Shown here: positions 53,121-64,000 of the stretch, in pieces
Layout: each line of letters begins with the position of its first letter
Position numbering within the stretch: position 1 is the stretch's first letter
Origin: Gordius albopunctatus
Taxonomy: Eukaryota
Direction of reading: 5' to 3'
Assembly (NCBI GenBank): GCA_964276515.1
Contig: OZ193910.1
Location: 7,440,001-7,504,000 of the forward strand
Length of the DNA stretch: 64,000 nt
Position numbers and translations under genes: made by a program
The notes under the pieces: generated by a model
Databases searched by the model: none
Told to the model about the DNA's origin: nothing
The model's input: the letters and a program-made list of their open reading frames with translations, nothing else

Positions 53121-56100
53121 GTTGCGTTTAGATTGTTTCAATATCGCTTTATAAGCGTGTCTCTAGTTTTAGTGAAACAAGCTCTATGCGATCGTGATTT
53201 ATAGTTAATAATTTTTGATGACTGATCAAAAAAATGTTTTTAAAGGAATTCACCTCTTATACCGAAAACTTTCATGAGAGCTATATGGTTGAACAAAAAA
53301 AATTAAAACAATTTTGAGGTCGAAAAAAATAATATTTTTCATATTCTTTCGAAAGGGAGATGAAAAAAGAATTTTTGCGTGGGGGATGTTTGAGATTGAG
53401 AGAAATTAAAATTTTCGTGTTGCGTTTAGATTGTTTCAATATCGCTTTATAAGCGTGTTTCTAGTTTTAGTGAAACAGGCTCTATGCGATCGTGATTTAG
53501 AGTTAATAATTTTTGATGACTGATCAAAAAAATATTTTTCAAGGAATTCACCTCTTATACCGAAAACTTTCATAAGAGCTATATGGTTGAACAAAAAAAT
53601 TGAAAAAATTTTGAGGTCGAAAAAAATATTATTTTTCATATTCTTTCGAAAGGGAGATGAAAAAATCTTTAAAAGTTAGTAAATATTCTTAGCATTTTGT
53701 CCTTGTTAGAATCTTGATAGGAATTTATGCGTGGGAGGATGTTTTAGATTGAGAGAAATTAAAATTTAGGTGTACGTTTATATTGTTTCAATATCGCTTT
53801 ATAAGCGTGTCTCTAGTTTTAGTGAAACAAGCTCTATGCGATCGTGATTTAGAGTTAATAATTTTTGATGACTGATCAAAAAAATGTTTTTAAAGGAATT
53901 AACATTTTTTACCGAAAACTTTCATGAGAGCTATATGGTTGAAGAAAAAATTGAAACAATTTTGAGGTCGAAAAAAATATTATTTTTCATATTCTTTCGA
54001 AAGGGAGATGAAAAAATCTTTAAAAGTTAGTAAATATTCTTAGCATTTTGTCCTTGTTAGAATCTTGATAGGAATTTATGCGTGGGGGATGTTTGAGATT
54101 GAGAGAAATTAAAATTTTCGTGTTGCGTTTAGATTGTTTCAATATCGCTTTATAAGCGTGTCTCTAGTTTTAGTGAAACAAGCTCCATGCGATCGTGATT
54201 TAGAGTTAATAATTTTTGATGACTGATCAAAAAAATGTTTTTCAAGGAATTCACCTCTTATACCGAAAACTTTCATGAGAGCTATATGGTTGAACAAAAA
54301 AAATTAAAACAATTTTGAGGTCGAAAAAAATATTATTTTTCATATTCTTTCGAAAGGGAGATGAAAAAATCTTTAAAAGTTAGTAAATATTCTTAGCATT
54401 TTGTCCTTGTTAGAATCTTGATAGGAATTTATGCGTGGGAGGATGTTTTAGATTGAGAGAAATTAAAATTTAGGTGTTGCGTTTATATTGTTTCAATATC
54501 GCTTTATAAGCGTGTCTCTAGTTTTAGTGAAACAAGCTCTATGCGATCGTGATTTAGAGTTTATAATTTTTGATGACTGATCAAAAAAATGTTTTTAAAG
54601 GAATTCACCTCTTATACCGAAAACTTTCATGAGAGCTATATGGTTGAACAAAAAAAATTAAAACAATTTTGAGGTCGAAAAAAATATTATTTTTCATATT
54701 CTTTCGAAAGGGAGATGAAAAAATCTTTAAAAGTTAGTAAATATTCTTAGCATTTTGTCCTTGTTAGAATCTTGATAGGAATTTATGCGTGGGAGGATGT
54801 TTTAGATTGAGAGAAATTAAAATTTAGGTGTTGCGTTTAGATTGTTTCAATATCGCTTTATAAGTGTGTCTCTAGTTTTAGTGAAACAAGCTCTATGCGA
54901 TCGTGATTTAGAGTTAATAATTTTTGATGACTGATCAAAAAAATGTTTTTAAAGGAATTCACCTCTTATACCGAAAACTTTCATGAGAGCTATATGGTTG
55001 AACAAAAAAAATTAAAACAATTTTGAGGTCGAAAAAAATATTATTTTTCATATTCTTTCGAAAGGGAGATGAAAAAATCTTTAAAAGTTAGTAAATATTC
55101 TTAGCATTTTGTCCTTGTTAGAATCTTGATAGGAATTTATGCGTGGGGGGATGTTTTAGATTGAGAGAAATTAAAATTTTCGTGTTGCGTTTAGATTGTT
55201 TCAATATGGCTTTATAAGCGTGTCTCTAGTTTTAGTGAAACAAGGTCCATGCGATCGTGATTTAGAGTTAATAATTTTTGATGACTGATCAAAAAAATGT
55301 TTTTCAAGGAATTCACCTCTTATACCGAAAACTTTCATGAGAGCTATATGGTTGAACAAAAAAAATTAAAACAATTTTGAGGTCGAAAAAAATATTATTT
55401 TTTATATTCTTTCGAAAGGGAGATGAAAAAATCTTTAAAAGTTAGCAAATATTCTTAGCATTTTGTCCTTGTTAGAATCTTGATAGGAATTTATGCGTGG
55501 GAGGATGTTTTAGATTGAGAGAAATTAAAATTTAGGTGTTGCGTTTAGATTGTTTCAATATCGCTTTATAAGTGTGTCTCTAGTTTTAGTGAAACAAGCT
55601 CTATGCGATCGTGATTTAGAGTTAATAATTTTTGATGACTGATCAAAAAAATGTTTTTAAAGGAATTCACCTCTTATAACGAAAACTTTCATGAGAGCTA
55701 TATGGTTGAACAAAAAAAATTAAAACAATTTTGAGGTCGAAAAAAATATTATTTTTCATATTCTTTCGAAAGGGAGATGAAAAAATCTTTAAAAGTTAGT
55801 AAATATTCTTAGCATTTTGTCCTTGTTAGAATCTTGATAGGAATTTATGCGTGGGAGGATGTTTTAGATTGAGAGAAATTAAAATTTAGGTGTTGCGTTT
55901 ATATTGTTTCAATATCGCTTTATAAGCGTGTCTCTAGTTTTAGTGAAACAAGCTCTATGCGATCGTGATTTAGAGTTAATAATTTTTGATGACTGATCAA
56001 AAAAATGTTTTTAAAGGAATTCACCTCTTATACCGAAAACTTTCATGAGAGCTATATGGTTGAACAAAAAAAATTAAAACAATTTTGAGGTCGAAAAAAA

Positions 56101-59100
56101 TATTATTTTTCATATTCTTTCGAAAGGGAGATGAAAAAATCTTTAAAAGTTAGTAAATATTCTTAGCATTTTGTCCTTGTTAGAATCTTGATAGGAATTT
56201 ATGCGTGGGAGGATGTTTTAGATTGAGAGAAATTAAAATTTAGGTGTTGCGTTTATATTGTTTCAATATCGCTTTATAAGCGTGTCTCTAGTTTTAGTGA
56301 AACAAGCTCTATGCGATCGTGATTTAGAGTTAATAATTTTTGATGACTGATCAAAAAAATGTTTTTAAAGGAATTCACCTCTTATACCGAAAACTTTCAT
56401 GAGAGCTATATGGTTGAACAAAAAAAATTAAAACAATTTTGAGGTCGAAAAAAATATTATTTTTCATATTCTTTCGAAAGGGAGATGAAAAAATCTTTAA
56501 AAGTTAGTAAATATTCTTAGCATTTCGTCCTTGTTAGAATCTTGATAGGAATTTATGCGTGGGAGGATGTTTTAGATTGAGAGAAATTAAAATTTAGGTG
56601 TTGCGTTTAGATTGTTTCAATATCGCTTTATAAGTGTGTCTCTAGTTTTAGTGAAACAAGCTCTATGCGATCGTGATTTAGAGTTAATAATTTTTGATGA
56701 CTGATCAAAAAAATGTTTTTAAAGGAATTCACCTCTTATACCGAAAACTTTCATGAGAGCTATATGGTTGAACAAAAAAAATTAAAACAATTTTGAGGTC
56801 GAAAAAAATATTATTTTTCATATTCTTTCGAAAGGGAGATGAAAAAATCTTTAAAAGTTAGTAAATATTCATAGCATTTTGTTCTTGTTAGAATCTTGAT
56901 AGGAATTTATGCGTGGGAGGATGTTTTAGATTGAGAGAAATTAGAATTTTCGTGTTGCGTTTAGATTGTTTCAATATCGCTTTATAAGCGTGTCTCTAGT
57001 TTTAGTGAAACAAGCTCCATGCGATCGTGATTTAGAGTTAATAATTTTTGATGACTGATCAAAAAAATGTTTTTCAAGGAATTAACATTTTTTACCGAAA
57101 ACTTTCATGAGAGCTATATGGTTGAACAAAAAAATTGAAAAAATTTTGAGGTCGAAAAAAATATTATTTTTCATATTCTTTAGAAAGGGAGATGAAAAAA
57201 TCTTTAAAAGATTTTAAATATTCTTAGCATTTTGTCCTTGTTAGAATCTTGATAGGAACTTTTGCGTGGGGGGATGTTTTAGATTGAGAGAAATTAGAAT
57301 TTTCGTGTTGCGTTTAGATTGTTTCAATATCGCTTTATAAGCGTGTCTCTAGTTTTAGTGAAACAAGGTCCATGCGATCGTGATTTAGAGTTAATAATTT
57401 TTGATGACTGATCAAAAAAATGTTTTTCAAGGAATTAACATTTTTTACCGAAAACTTTCATGAGAGCTATATGGTTGAACAAAAAAATTGAAAAAATTTT
57501 GAGGTCGAAAAAAATATTATTTTTCATATTCTTTCGAAAGGGAGATGAAAAAATCTTTAAAAGTTAGTAAATATTCTTAGCATTTTGTCCTTGTTAGAAT
57601 CTTGATAGGAATTTATGCGTGGGAGGATGTTTTAGATTGAGAGAAATTAAAATTTAGGTGTTGCGTTTAGATTGTTTCAATATCGCTTTATAAGCGTGTC
57701 TCTAGTTTTAGTGAAACAAGCTCTATGCGATCGTGATTTATAGTTAATAATTTTTGATGACTGATCAAAAAAATGTTTTTAAAGGAATTCACCTCTTATA
57801 CCGAAAACTTTCATGAGAGCTATATGGTTGAACAAAAAAAATTAAAACAATTTTGAGGTCGAAAAAAATAATATTTTTCATATTCTTTCGAAAGGGAGAT
57901 GAAAAAAGAATTTTTGCGTGGGGGATGTTTGAGATTGAGAGAAATTAAAATTTTCGTGTTGCGTTTAGATTGTTTCAATATCGCTTTATAAGCGTGTTTC
58001 TAGTTTTAGTGAAACAGGCTCTATGCGATCGTGATTTAGAGTTAATAATTTTTGATGACTGATCAAAAAAATATTTTTCAAGGAATTCACCTCTTATACC
58101 GAAAACTTTCATAAGAGCTATATGGTTGAACAAAAAAATTGAAAAAATTTTGAGGTCGAAAAAAATATTATTTTTCATATTCTTTCGAAAGGGAGATGAA
58201 AAAATCTTTAAAAGTTAGTAAATATTCTTAGCATTTTGTCCTTGTTAGAATCTTGATAGGAATTTATGCGTGGGAGGATGTTTTAGATTGAGAGAAATTA
58301 AAATTTAGGTGTACGTTTATATTGTTTCAATATCGCTTTATAAGCGTGTCTCTAGTTTTAGTGAAACAAGCTCTATGCGATCGTGATTTAGAGTTAATAA
58401 TTTTTGATGACTGATCAAAAAAATGTTTTTAAAGGAATTAACATTTTTTACCGAAAACTTTCATGAGAGCTATATGGTTGAAGAAAAAATTGAAACAATT
58501 TTGAGGTCGAAAAAAATATTATTTTTCATATTCTTTCGAAAGGGAGATGAAAAAATCTTTAAAAGTTAGTAAATATTCTTAGCATTTTGTCCTTGTTAGA
58601 ATCTTGATAGGAATTTATGCGTGGGGGATGTTTGAGATTGAGAGAAATTAAAATTTTCGTGTTGCGTTTAGATTGTTTCAATATCGCTTTATAAGCGTGT
58701 CTCTAGTTTTAGTGAAACAAGCTCCATGCGATCGTGATTTAGAGTTAATAATTTTTGATGACTGATCAAAAAAATGTTTTTCAAGGAATTCACCTCTTAT
58801 ACCGAAAACTTTCATGAGAGCTATATGGTTGAACAAAAAAAATTAAAACAATTTTGAGGTCGAAAAAAATATTATTTTTCATATTCTTTCGAAAGGGAGA
58901 TGAAAAAATCTTTAAAAGTTAGTAAATATTCTTAGCATTTTGTCCTTGTTAGAATCTTGATAGGAATTTATGCGTGGGAGGATGTTTTAGATTGAGAGAA
59001 ATTAAAATTTAGGTGTTGCGTTTATATTGTTTCAATATCGCTTTATAAGCGTGTCTCTAGTTTTAGTGAAACAAGCTCTATGCGATCGTGATTTAGAGTT

Positions 59101-60650
59101 TATAATTTTTGATGACTGATCAAAAAAATGTTTTTAAAGGAATTCACCTCTTATACCGAAAACTTTCATGAGAGCTATATGGTTGAACAAAAAAAATTAA
59201 AACAATTTTGAGGTCGAAAAAAATATTATTTTTCATATTCTTTCGAAAGGGAGATGAAAAAATCTTTAAAAGTTAGTAAATATTCTTAGCATTTTGTCCT
59301 TGTTAGAATCTTGATAGGAATTTATGCGTGGGAGGATGTTTTAGATTGAGAGAAATTAAAATTTAGGTGTTGCGTTTAGATTGTTTCAATATCGCTTTAT
59401 AAGTGTGTCTCTAGTTTTAGTGAAACAAGCTCTATGCGATCGTGATTTAGAGTTAATAATTTTTGATGACTGATCAAAAAAATGTTTTTAAAGGAATTCA
59501 CCTCTTATACCGAAAACTTTCATGAGAGCTATATGGTTGAACAAAAAAAATTAAAACAATTTTGAGGTCGAAAAAAATATTATTTTTCATATTCTTTCGA
59601 AAGGGAGATGAAAAAATCTTTAAAAGTTAGTAAATATTCTTAGCATTTTGTCCTTGTTAGAATCTTGATAGGAATTTATGCGTGGGGGGATGTTTTAGAT
59701 TGAGAGAAATTAAAATTTTCGTGTTGCGTTTAGATTGTTTCAATATGGCTTTATAAGCGTGTCTCTAGTTTTAGTGAAACAAGGTCCATGCGATCGTGAT
59801 TTAGAGTTAATAATTTTTGATGACTGATCAAAAAAATGTTTTTCAAGGAATTCACCTCTTATACCGAAAACTTTCATGAGAGCTATATGGTTGAACAAAA
59901 AAAATTAAAACAATTTTGAGGTCGAAAAAAATATTATTTTTTATATTCTTTCGAAAGGGAGATGAAAAAATCTTTAAAAGTTAGCAAATATTCTTAGCAT
60001 TTTGTCCTTGTTAGAATCTTGATAGGAATTTATGCGTGGGAGGATGTTTTAGATTGAGAGAAATTAAAATTTAGGTGTTGCGTTTAGATTGTTTCAATAT
60101 CGCTTTATAAGTGTGTCTCTAGTTTTAGTGAAACAAGCTCTATGCGATCGTGATTTAGAGTTAATAATTTTTGATGACTGATCAAAAAAATGTTTTTAAA
60201 GGAATTCACCTCTTATAACGAAAACTTTCATGAGAGCTATATGGTTGAACAAAAAAAATTAAAACAATTTTGAGGTCGAAAAAAATATTATTTTTCATAT
60301 TCTTTCGAAAGGGAGATGAAAAAATCTTTAAAAGTTAGTAAATATTCTTAGCATTTTGTCCTTGTTAGAATCTTGATAGGAATTTATGCGTGGGAGGATG
60401 TTTTAGATTGAGAGAAATTAAAATTTAGGTGTTGCGTTTATATTGTTTCAATATCGCTTTATAAGCGTGTCTCTAGTTTTAGTGAAACAAGCTCTATGCG
60501 ATCGTGATTTAGAGTTAATAATTTTTGATGACTGATCAAAAAAATGTTTTTAAAGGAATTCACCTCTTATACCGAAAACTTTCATGAGAGCTATATGGTT
60601 GAACAAAAAAAATTAAAACAATTTTGAGGTCGAAAAAAATATTATTTTTT
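52960..60650 (+). repeat. Segmental duplication with 4539-bp (13-monomer) offset; ~3.1 kb identical tract
   Basis: Private SNPs at 53202/57741, 54562/59101, 55446/59985 and 55679/60218 all share a 4539-bp offset, as do ORFs 53436/57975. Confidence 0.9.
54208..57039 (+). repeat. Run of 8 E-like monomers with exact 354-bp period
   Basis: Starts at 54208 + n x 354 up to 57040. All carry CACCTCTTAT, AACAAAAAAAATTAAAACAA and GAATTTATGCG. Confidence 0.85.
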
Positions 60651-60870
60651 ATATTCTTTCGGAAGGGAGATGAAAAAATCTTTAAAAGTTAGTAAATATT
60701 CATAGCATTTTGTCCTTGTTAGAATCTTGATAGGAACTTTTGCGTGGGGGGATGTTTTAGATTGAGAGAAATTAGAATTTTCGTGTTGCGTTTAGATTGT
60801 TTCAATATCGCTTTATAAGCGTGTCTCTAGTTTTAGTGAAACAAGCTCCATGCGATCGTGATTTAGAGTT

Positions 60871-62635
60871 AATAATTTTTGATGACTGATCAAAAAAATG
60901 TTTTTCAAGGAATTAACATTTTTTACCGAAAACTTTCATGAGAGCTATATGGTTGAACAAAAAAATTGAAAAAATTTTGAGGTCGAAAAAAATATTATTT
61001 TTCATATTCTTTAGAAAGGGAGATGAAAAAATCTTTAAAAGATTTTAAATATTCTTAGCATTTTGTCCTTGTTAGAATCTTGATAGGAACTTTTGCGTGG
61101 GGGGATGTTTTAGATTGAGAGAAATTAGAATTTTCGTGTTGCGTTTAGATTGTTTCAATATCGCTTTATAAGCGTGTCTCTAGTTTTAGTGAAACAAGCT
61201 CCATGCGATCGTGATTTAGAGTTAATAATTTTTGATGACTGATCAAAAAAATGTTTTTCAAGGAATTAACATTTTTTACCGAAAACTTTCATGAGAGCTA
61301 TATGGTTGAACAAAAAAATTGAAAAAATTTTGAGGTCGAAAAAAATATTATTTTTCATATTCTTTAGAAAGGGAGATGAAAAAATCTTTAAAAGATTTTA
61401 AATATTCTTAGCATTTTGTCCTTGTTAGAATCTTGATAGGAACTTTTGCGTGGGGGGATGTTTTAGATTGAGAGAAATTAGAATTTTCGTGTTGCGTTTA
61501 GATTGTTTCAATATCGCTTTATAAGCGTGTCTCTAGTTTTAGTGAAACAAGCTCCATGCGATCGTGATTTAGAGTTAATAATTTTTGATGACTGATCAAA
61601 AAAATGTTTTTCAAGGAATTAACATTTTTTACCGAAAACTTTCATGAGAGCTATATGGTTGAACAAAAAAATTGAAAAAATTTTGAGGTCGAAAAAAATA
61701 TTATTTTTCATATTCTTTAGAAAGGGAGATGAAAAAATCTTTAAAAGATTTTAAATATTCTTAGCATTTTGTCCTTGTTAGAATCTTGATAGGAACTTTT
61801 GCGTGGGGGGATGTTTTAGATTGAGAGAAATTAGAATTTTCGTGTTGCGTTTAGATTGTTTCAATATCGCTTTATAAGCGTGTTTCTAGTTTTAGTGAAA
61901 CAAGCTCTATGCGATCGAAATTTAGAGTTAATAATTTTTGATGACTGATCAAAAAAATGTTTTTCAAGGAATTAACATTTTTTACCGAAAACTTTCATGA
62001 GAGCTATATGGTTGAACAAAAAAATTGAAAAAATTTTGAGGTCGAAAAAAATATTATTTTTCATATTCTTTAGAAAGGGAGATGAAAAAATCTTTAAAAG
62101 ATTTTAAATATTCTTAGCATTTTGTCCTTGTTAGAATCTTGATAGGAACTTTTGCGTGGGGGGATGTTTTAGATTGAGAGAAATTAGAATTTTCGTGTTG
62201 CGTTTAGATTGTTTCAATATCGCTTTATAAGCGTGTCTCTAGTTTTAGTGAAACAAGCTCCATGCGATCGTGATTTAGAGTTAATAATTTTTGATGACTG
62301 ATCAAAAAAATGTTTTTCAAGGAATTAACATTTTTTACCGAAAACTTTCATGAGAGCTATATGGTTGAACAAAAAAATTGAAAAAATTTTGAGGACGAAA
62401 AAAATATTATTTTTCATATTCTTTAGAAAGGGAGATGAAAAAATCTTTAAAAGATTTTAAATATTCTTAGCATTTTGTCCTTGTTAGAATCTTGATAGGA
62501 ACTTTTGCGTGGGGGGATGTTTTAGATTGAGAGAAATTAGAATTTTCGTGTTGCGTTTAGATTGTTTCAATATCGCTTTATAAGCGTGTCTTTAGTTTTA
62601 GTGAAACAAGCTCTATGCGATCGTGATTTAGAGTT
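60871..62635 (+). repeat. Run of 5 near-identical type-L monomers (353-bp period)
   Basis: Starts at 60871, 61224, 61577, 61930 and 62283. All carry CTTTAGAAAG, AAGATTTTAAAT, GCGTGGGGGG and AAATTAGAAT. Confidence 0.92.
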
Positions 62636-64000
62636 AATAATTTTTGATGACTGATCAAAAAAATGTTTTTCAAGGAATTCACCTCTTATACCGAAAACTT
62701 TCATGAGAGCTATATGGTTGAAAAAAAAAATTGAAAAAATTTTGAGGTCGAAAAAAATATTATTTTTCATATTCTTTCGAAAGGGAGATGAAAAAATCTT
62801 TAAACTTAGTAAATATTCTTAGCATTTTGTCCTTGTTAGAATCTTGATAGGAATTTATGCGTGGGAGGATGTTTTAGATTGAGAGAAATTAAAATTTTCG
62901 TGTTGCGTTTAGATTGTTTCAATATCGCTTTATAAGCGTGTCTCTAGTTTTAGTGAAACAAGCTCCATGCGATCGTGATTTAGAGTTAATAATTTTTGAT
63001 GACTGATCAAAAAAAATGTTTTTCAAGGAATTAACATTTTTTACCGAAAACTTTCATGAGAGCTATATGGTTGAAGAAAAAATTGAAAAATCTTAGAGGT
63101 CGAAAAAAATATTATTTTTCATATTCTTTCGAAAGGGAGATGAAAAAATCTTTAAAAGTTAGTAAATATTCATAGCATTTTGTCCTTGTTAGAATCTTGA
63201 TAGGAACTTTTGCGTGGGAGGATGTTTTAGATTGAGAGAAATTAGAATTTTCGTGTTGCGTTTAGATTGTTTCAATATCGCTTTATAAGCGTGTTTCTAG
63301 TTTTAGTGAAACAAGCTCTATGCGATCGAAATTTAGAGTTAATAATTTTTGATGACTGATCAAAAAAATGTTTTTCAAGGAATTAACATTTTTTACCGAA
63401 AACTTTCATGAGAGCTATATGGTTGAACAAAAAAATTGAAAAAATTTTGAGGTCGAAAAAAATATTATTTTTCATATTCTTTAGAAAGGGAGATGAAAAA
63501 ATCTTTAAAAGATTTTAAATATTCTTAGCATTTTGTCCTTGTTAGAATCTTGATAGGAACTTTTGCGTGGGAGGATGTTTTAGATTGAGAGAAATTAGAA
63601 TTTTCGTGTTGCGTTTAGATTGTTTCAATATCGCTTTATAAGCGTGTTTCTAGTTTTAGTGAAACAAGCTCCATGCGATCGTGATTTAGAGTTAATAATT
63701 TTTGATGACTGATCAAAAAAATGTTTTTCAAGGAATTAACATTTTTTACCGAAAACTTTCATGAGAGCTATATGGTTGAAGAAAAAATTGAAAAAATTTA
63801 GAGGTCGAAAAAAATATTATTTTTCATATTCTTTCGAAAGGGAGATGAAAAAATGTTTAAAAGTTAGTAAATACTCTTAGAATTTTGTCCTTGTTAGAAT
63901 CTTGATAGGAATTTTTGCGTGGGAGGATGTTTTAGATTGAGAGAAATTAGAATTTTCGTGTTGCGTTTAGATTGTTTCAATATCGCTTTATAAGCGTGTT

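Larger units (their letters stand above)
1..64000. repeat. Tandem satellite DNA array, ~353-bp monomer (351-355 bp, plus a 298-bp deletion variant), ~185 copies head-to-tail, extending beyond both window ends
   Basis: The motif AATAATTTTTGATGACTGATCAAAAAAA recurs at 1, 355, 708, 1063, 1416, 1714, 2068, 2366 and so on to the end of the window, with the intervening sequence nearly identical. No non-repeat sequence was seen. Confidence 0.99.

Noticed and set aside
430..62770. 26 short minus-strand ORFs (67-81 aa; MKQSKRS..., MKNNIFF...)
   Set aside because: They are translations of the same satellite monomer, opened or closed by indel and SNP alleles. They are K/F/I/N/S-rich as expected from A/T tracts, the MKQ class starts at TTG, and I recognise no domain. 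They were useful only as periodicity markers.
1..64000. CRISPR-like repeat-spacer array
   Set aside because: There are no unique spacers: the entire ~353-bp unit is repeated, and no cas genes or leader are present.
1..64000. 7 vs 8 A homopolymer differences and singleton SNPs (e.g. GAGGCCG ~1529, CGATCCT ~4822, GCGCGGG ~30190) as meaningful signals
   Set aside because: Singletons cannot be told apart from sequencing or consensus errors without reads, so only variants present in two or more copies were used as markers.

Overview
The whole 64 kb is one uninterrupted, head-to-tail, AT-rich tandem satellite array. It contains about 185 monomers of 351-355 bp (monomer 1 = 1..354, about 29% GC by hand count), including a recurrent 298-bp deletion variant. 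All monomers run in the same orientation, and I saw no unique sequence, TE insertion or inversion. I find no credible protein-coding, RNA, CRISPR or mobile-element gene; the supplied ORFs are chance translations of the monomer. The interest lies in the array's architecture. (i) About 1-34.7 kb is a higher-order-repeat (HOR) domain built on an 11-monomer core of 3775 bp, with 9-, 12-, 14-, 18- and 20-mer variants. (ii) About 34.7-60.6 kb is a patchwork of recent segmental duplications traceable by private SNPs (offsets 2764, 2471, 8651, 1407, 3518 and 4539 bp). (iii) The right end holds homogenised runs of single monomer types. Monomers are mosaics of a few two-state allele blocks, and several switches map to an 8-bp TGCGTGGG motif. 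One unique monomer (35800-36151) combines -55/-1, -10 and +64 bp changes and returns to 352 bp. The organisation resembles eukaryotic (peri)centromeric satellite DNA (inference). I cannot assign the organism or a named satellite family. Monomer letters (A-M) are my own labels, and all counts were made by eye.
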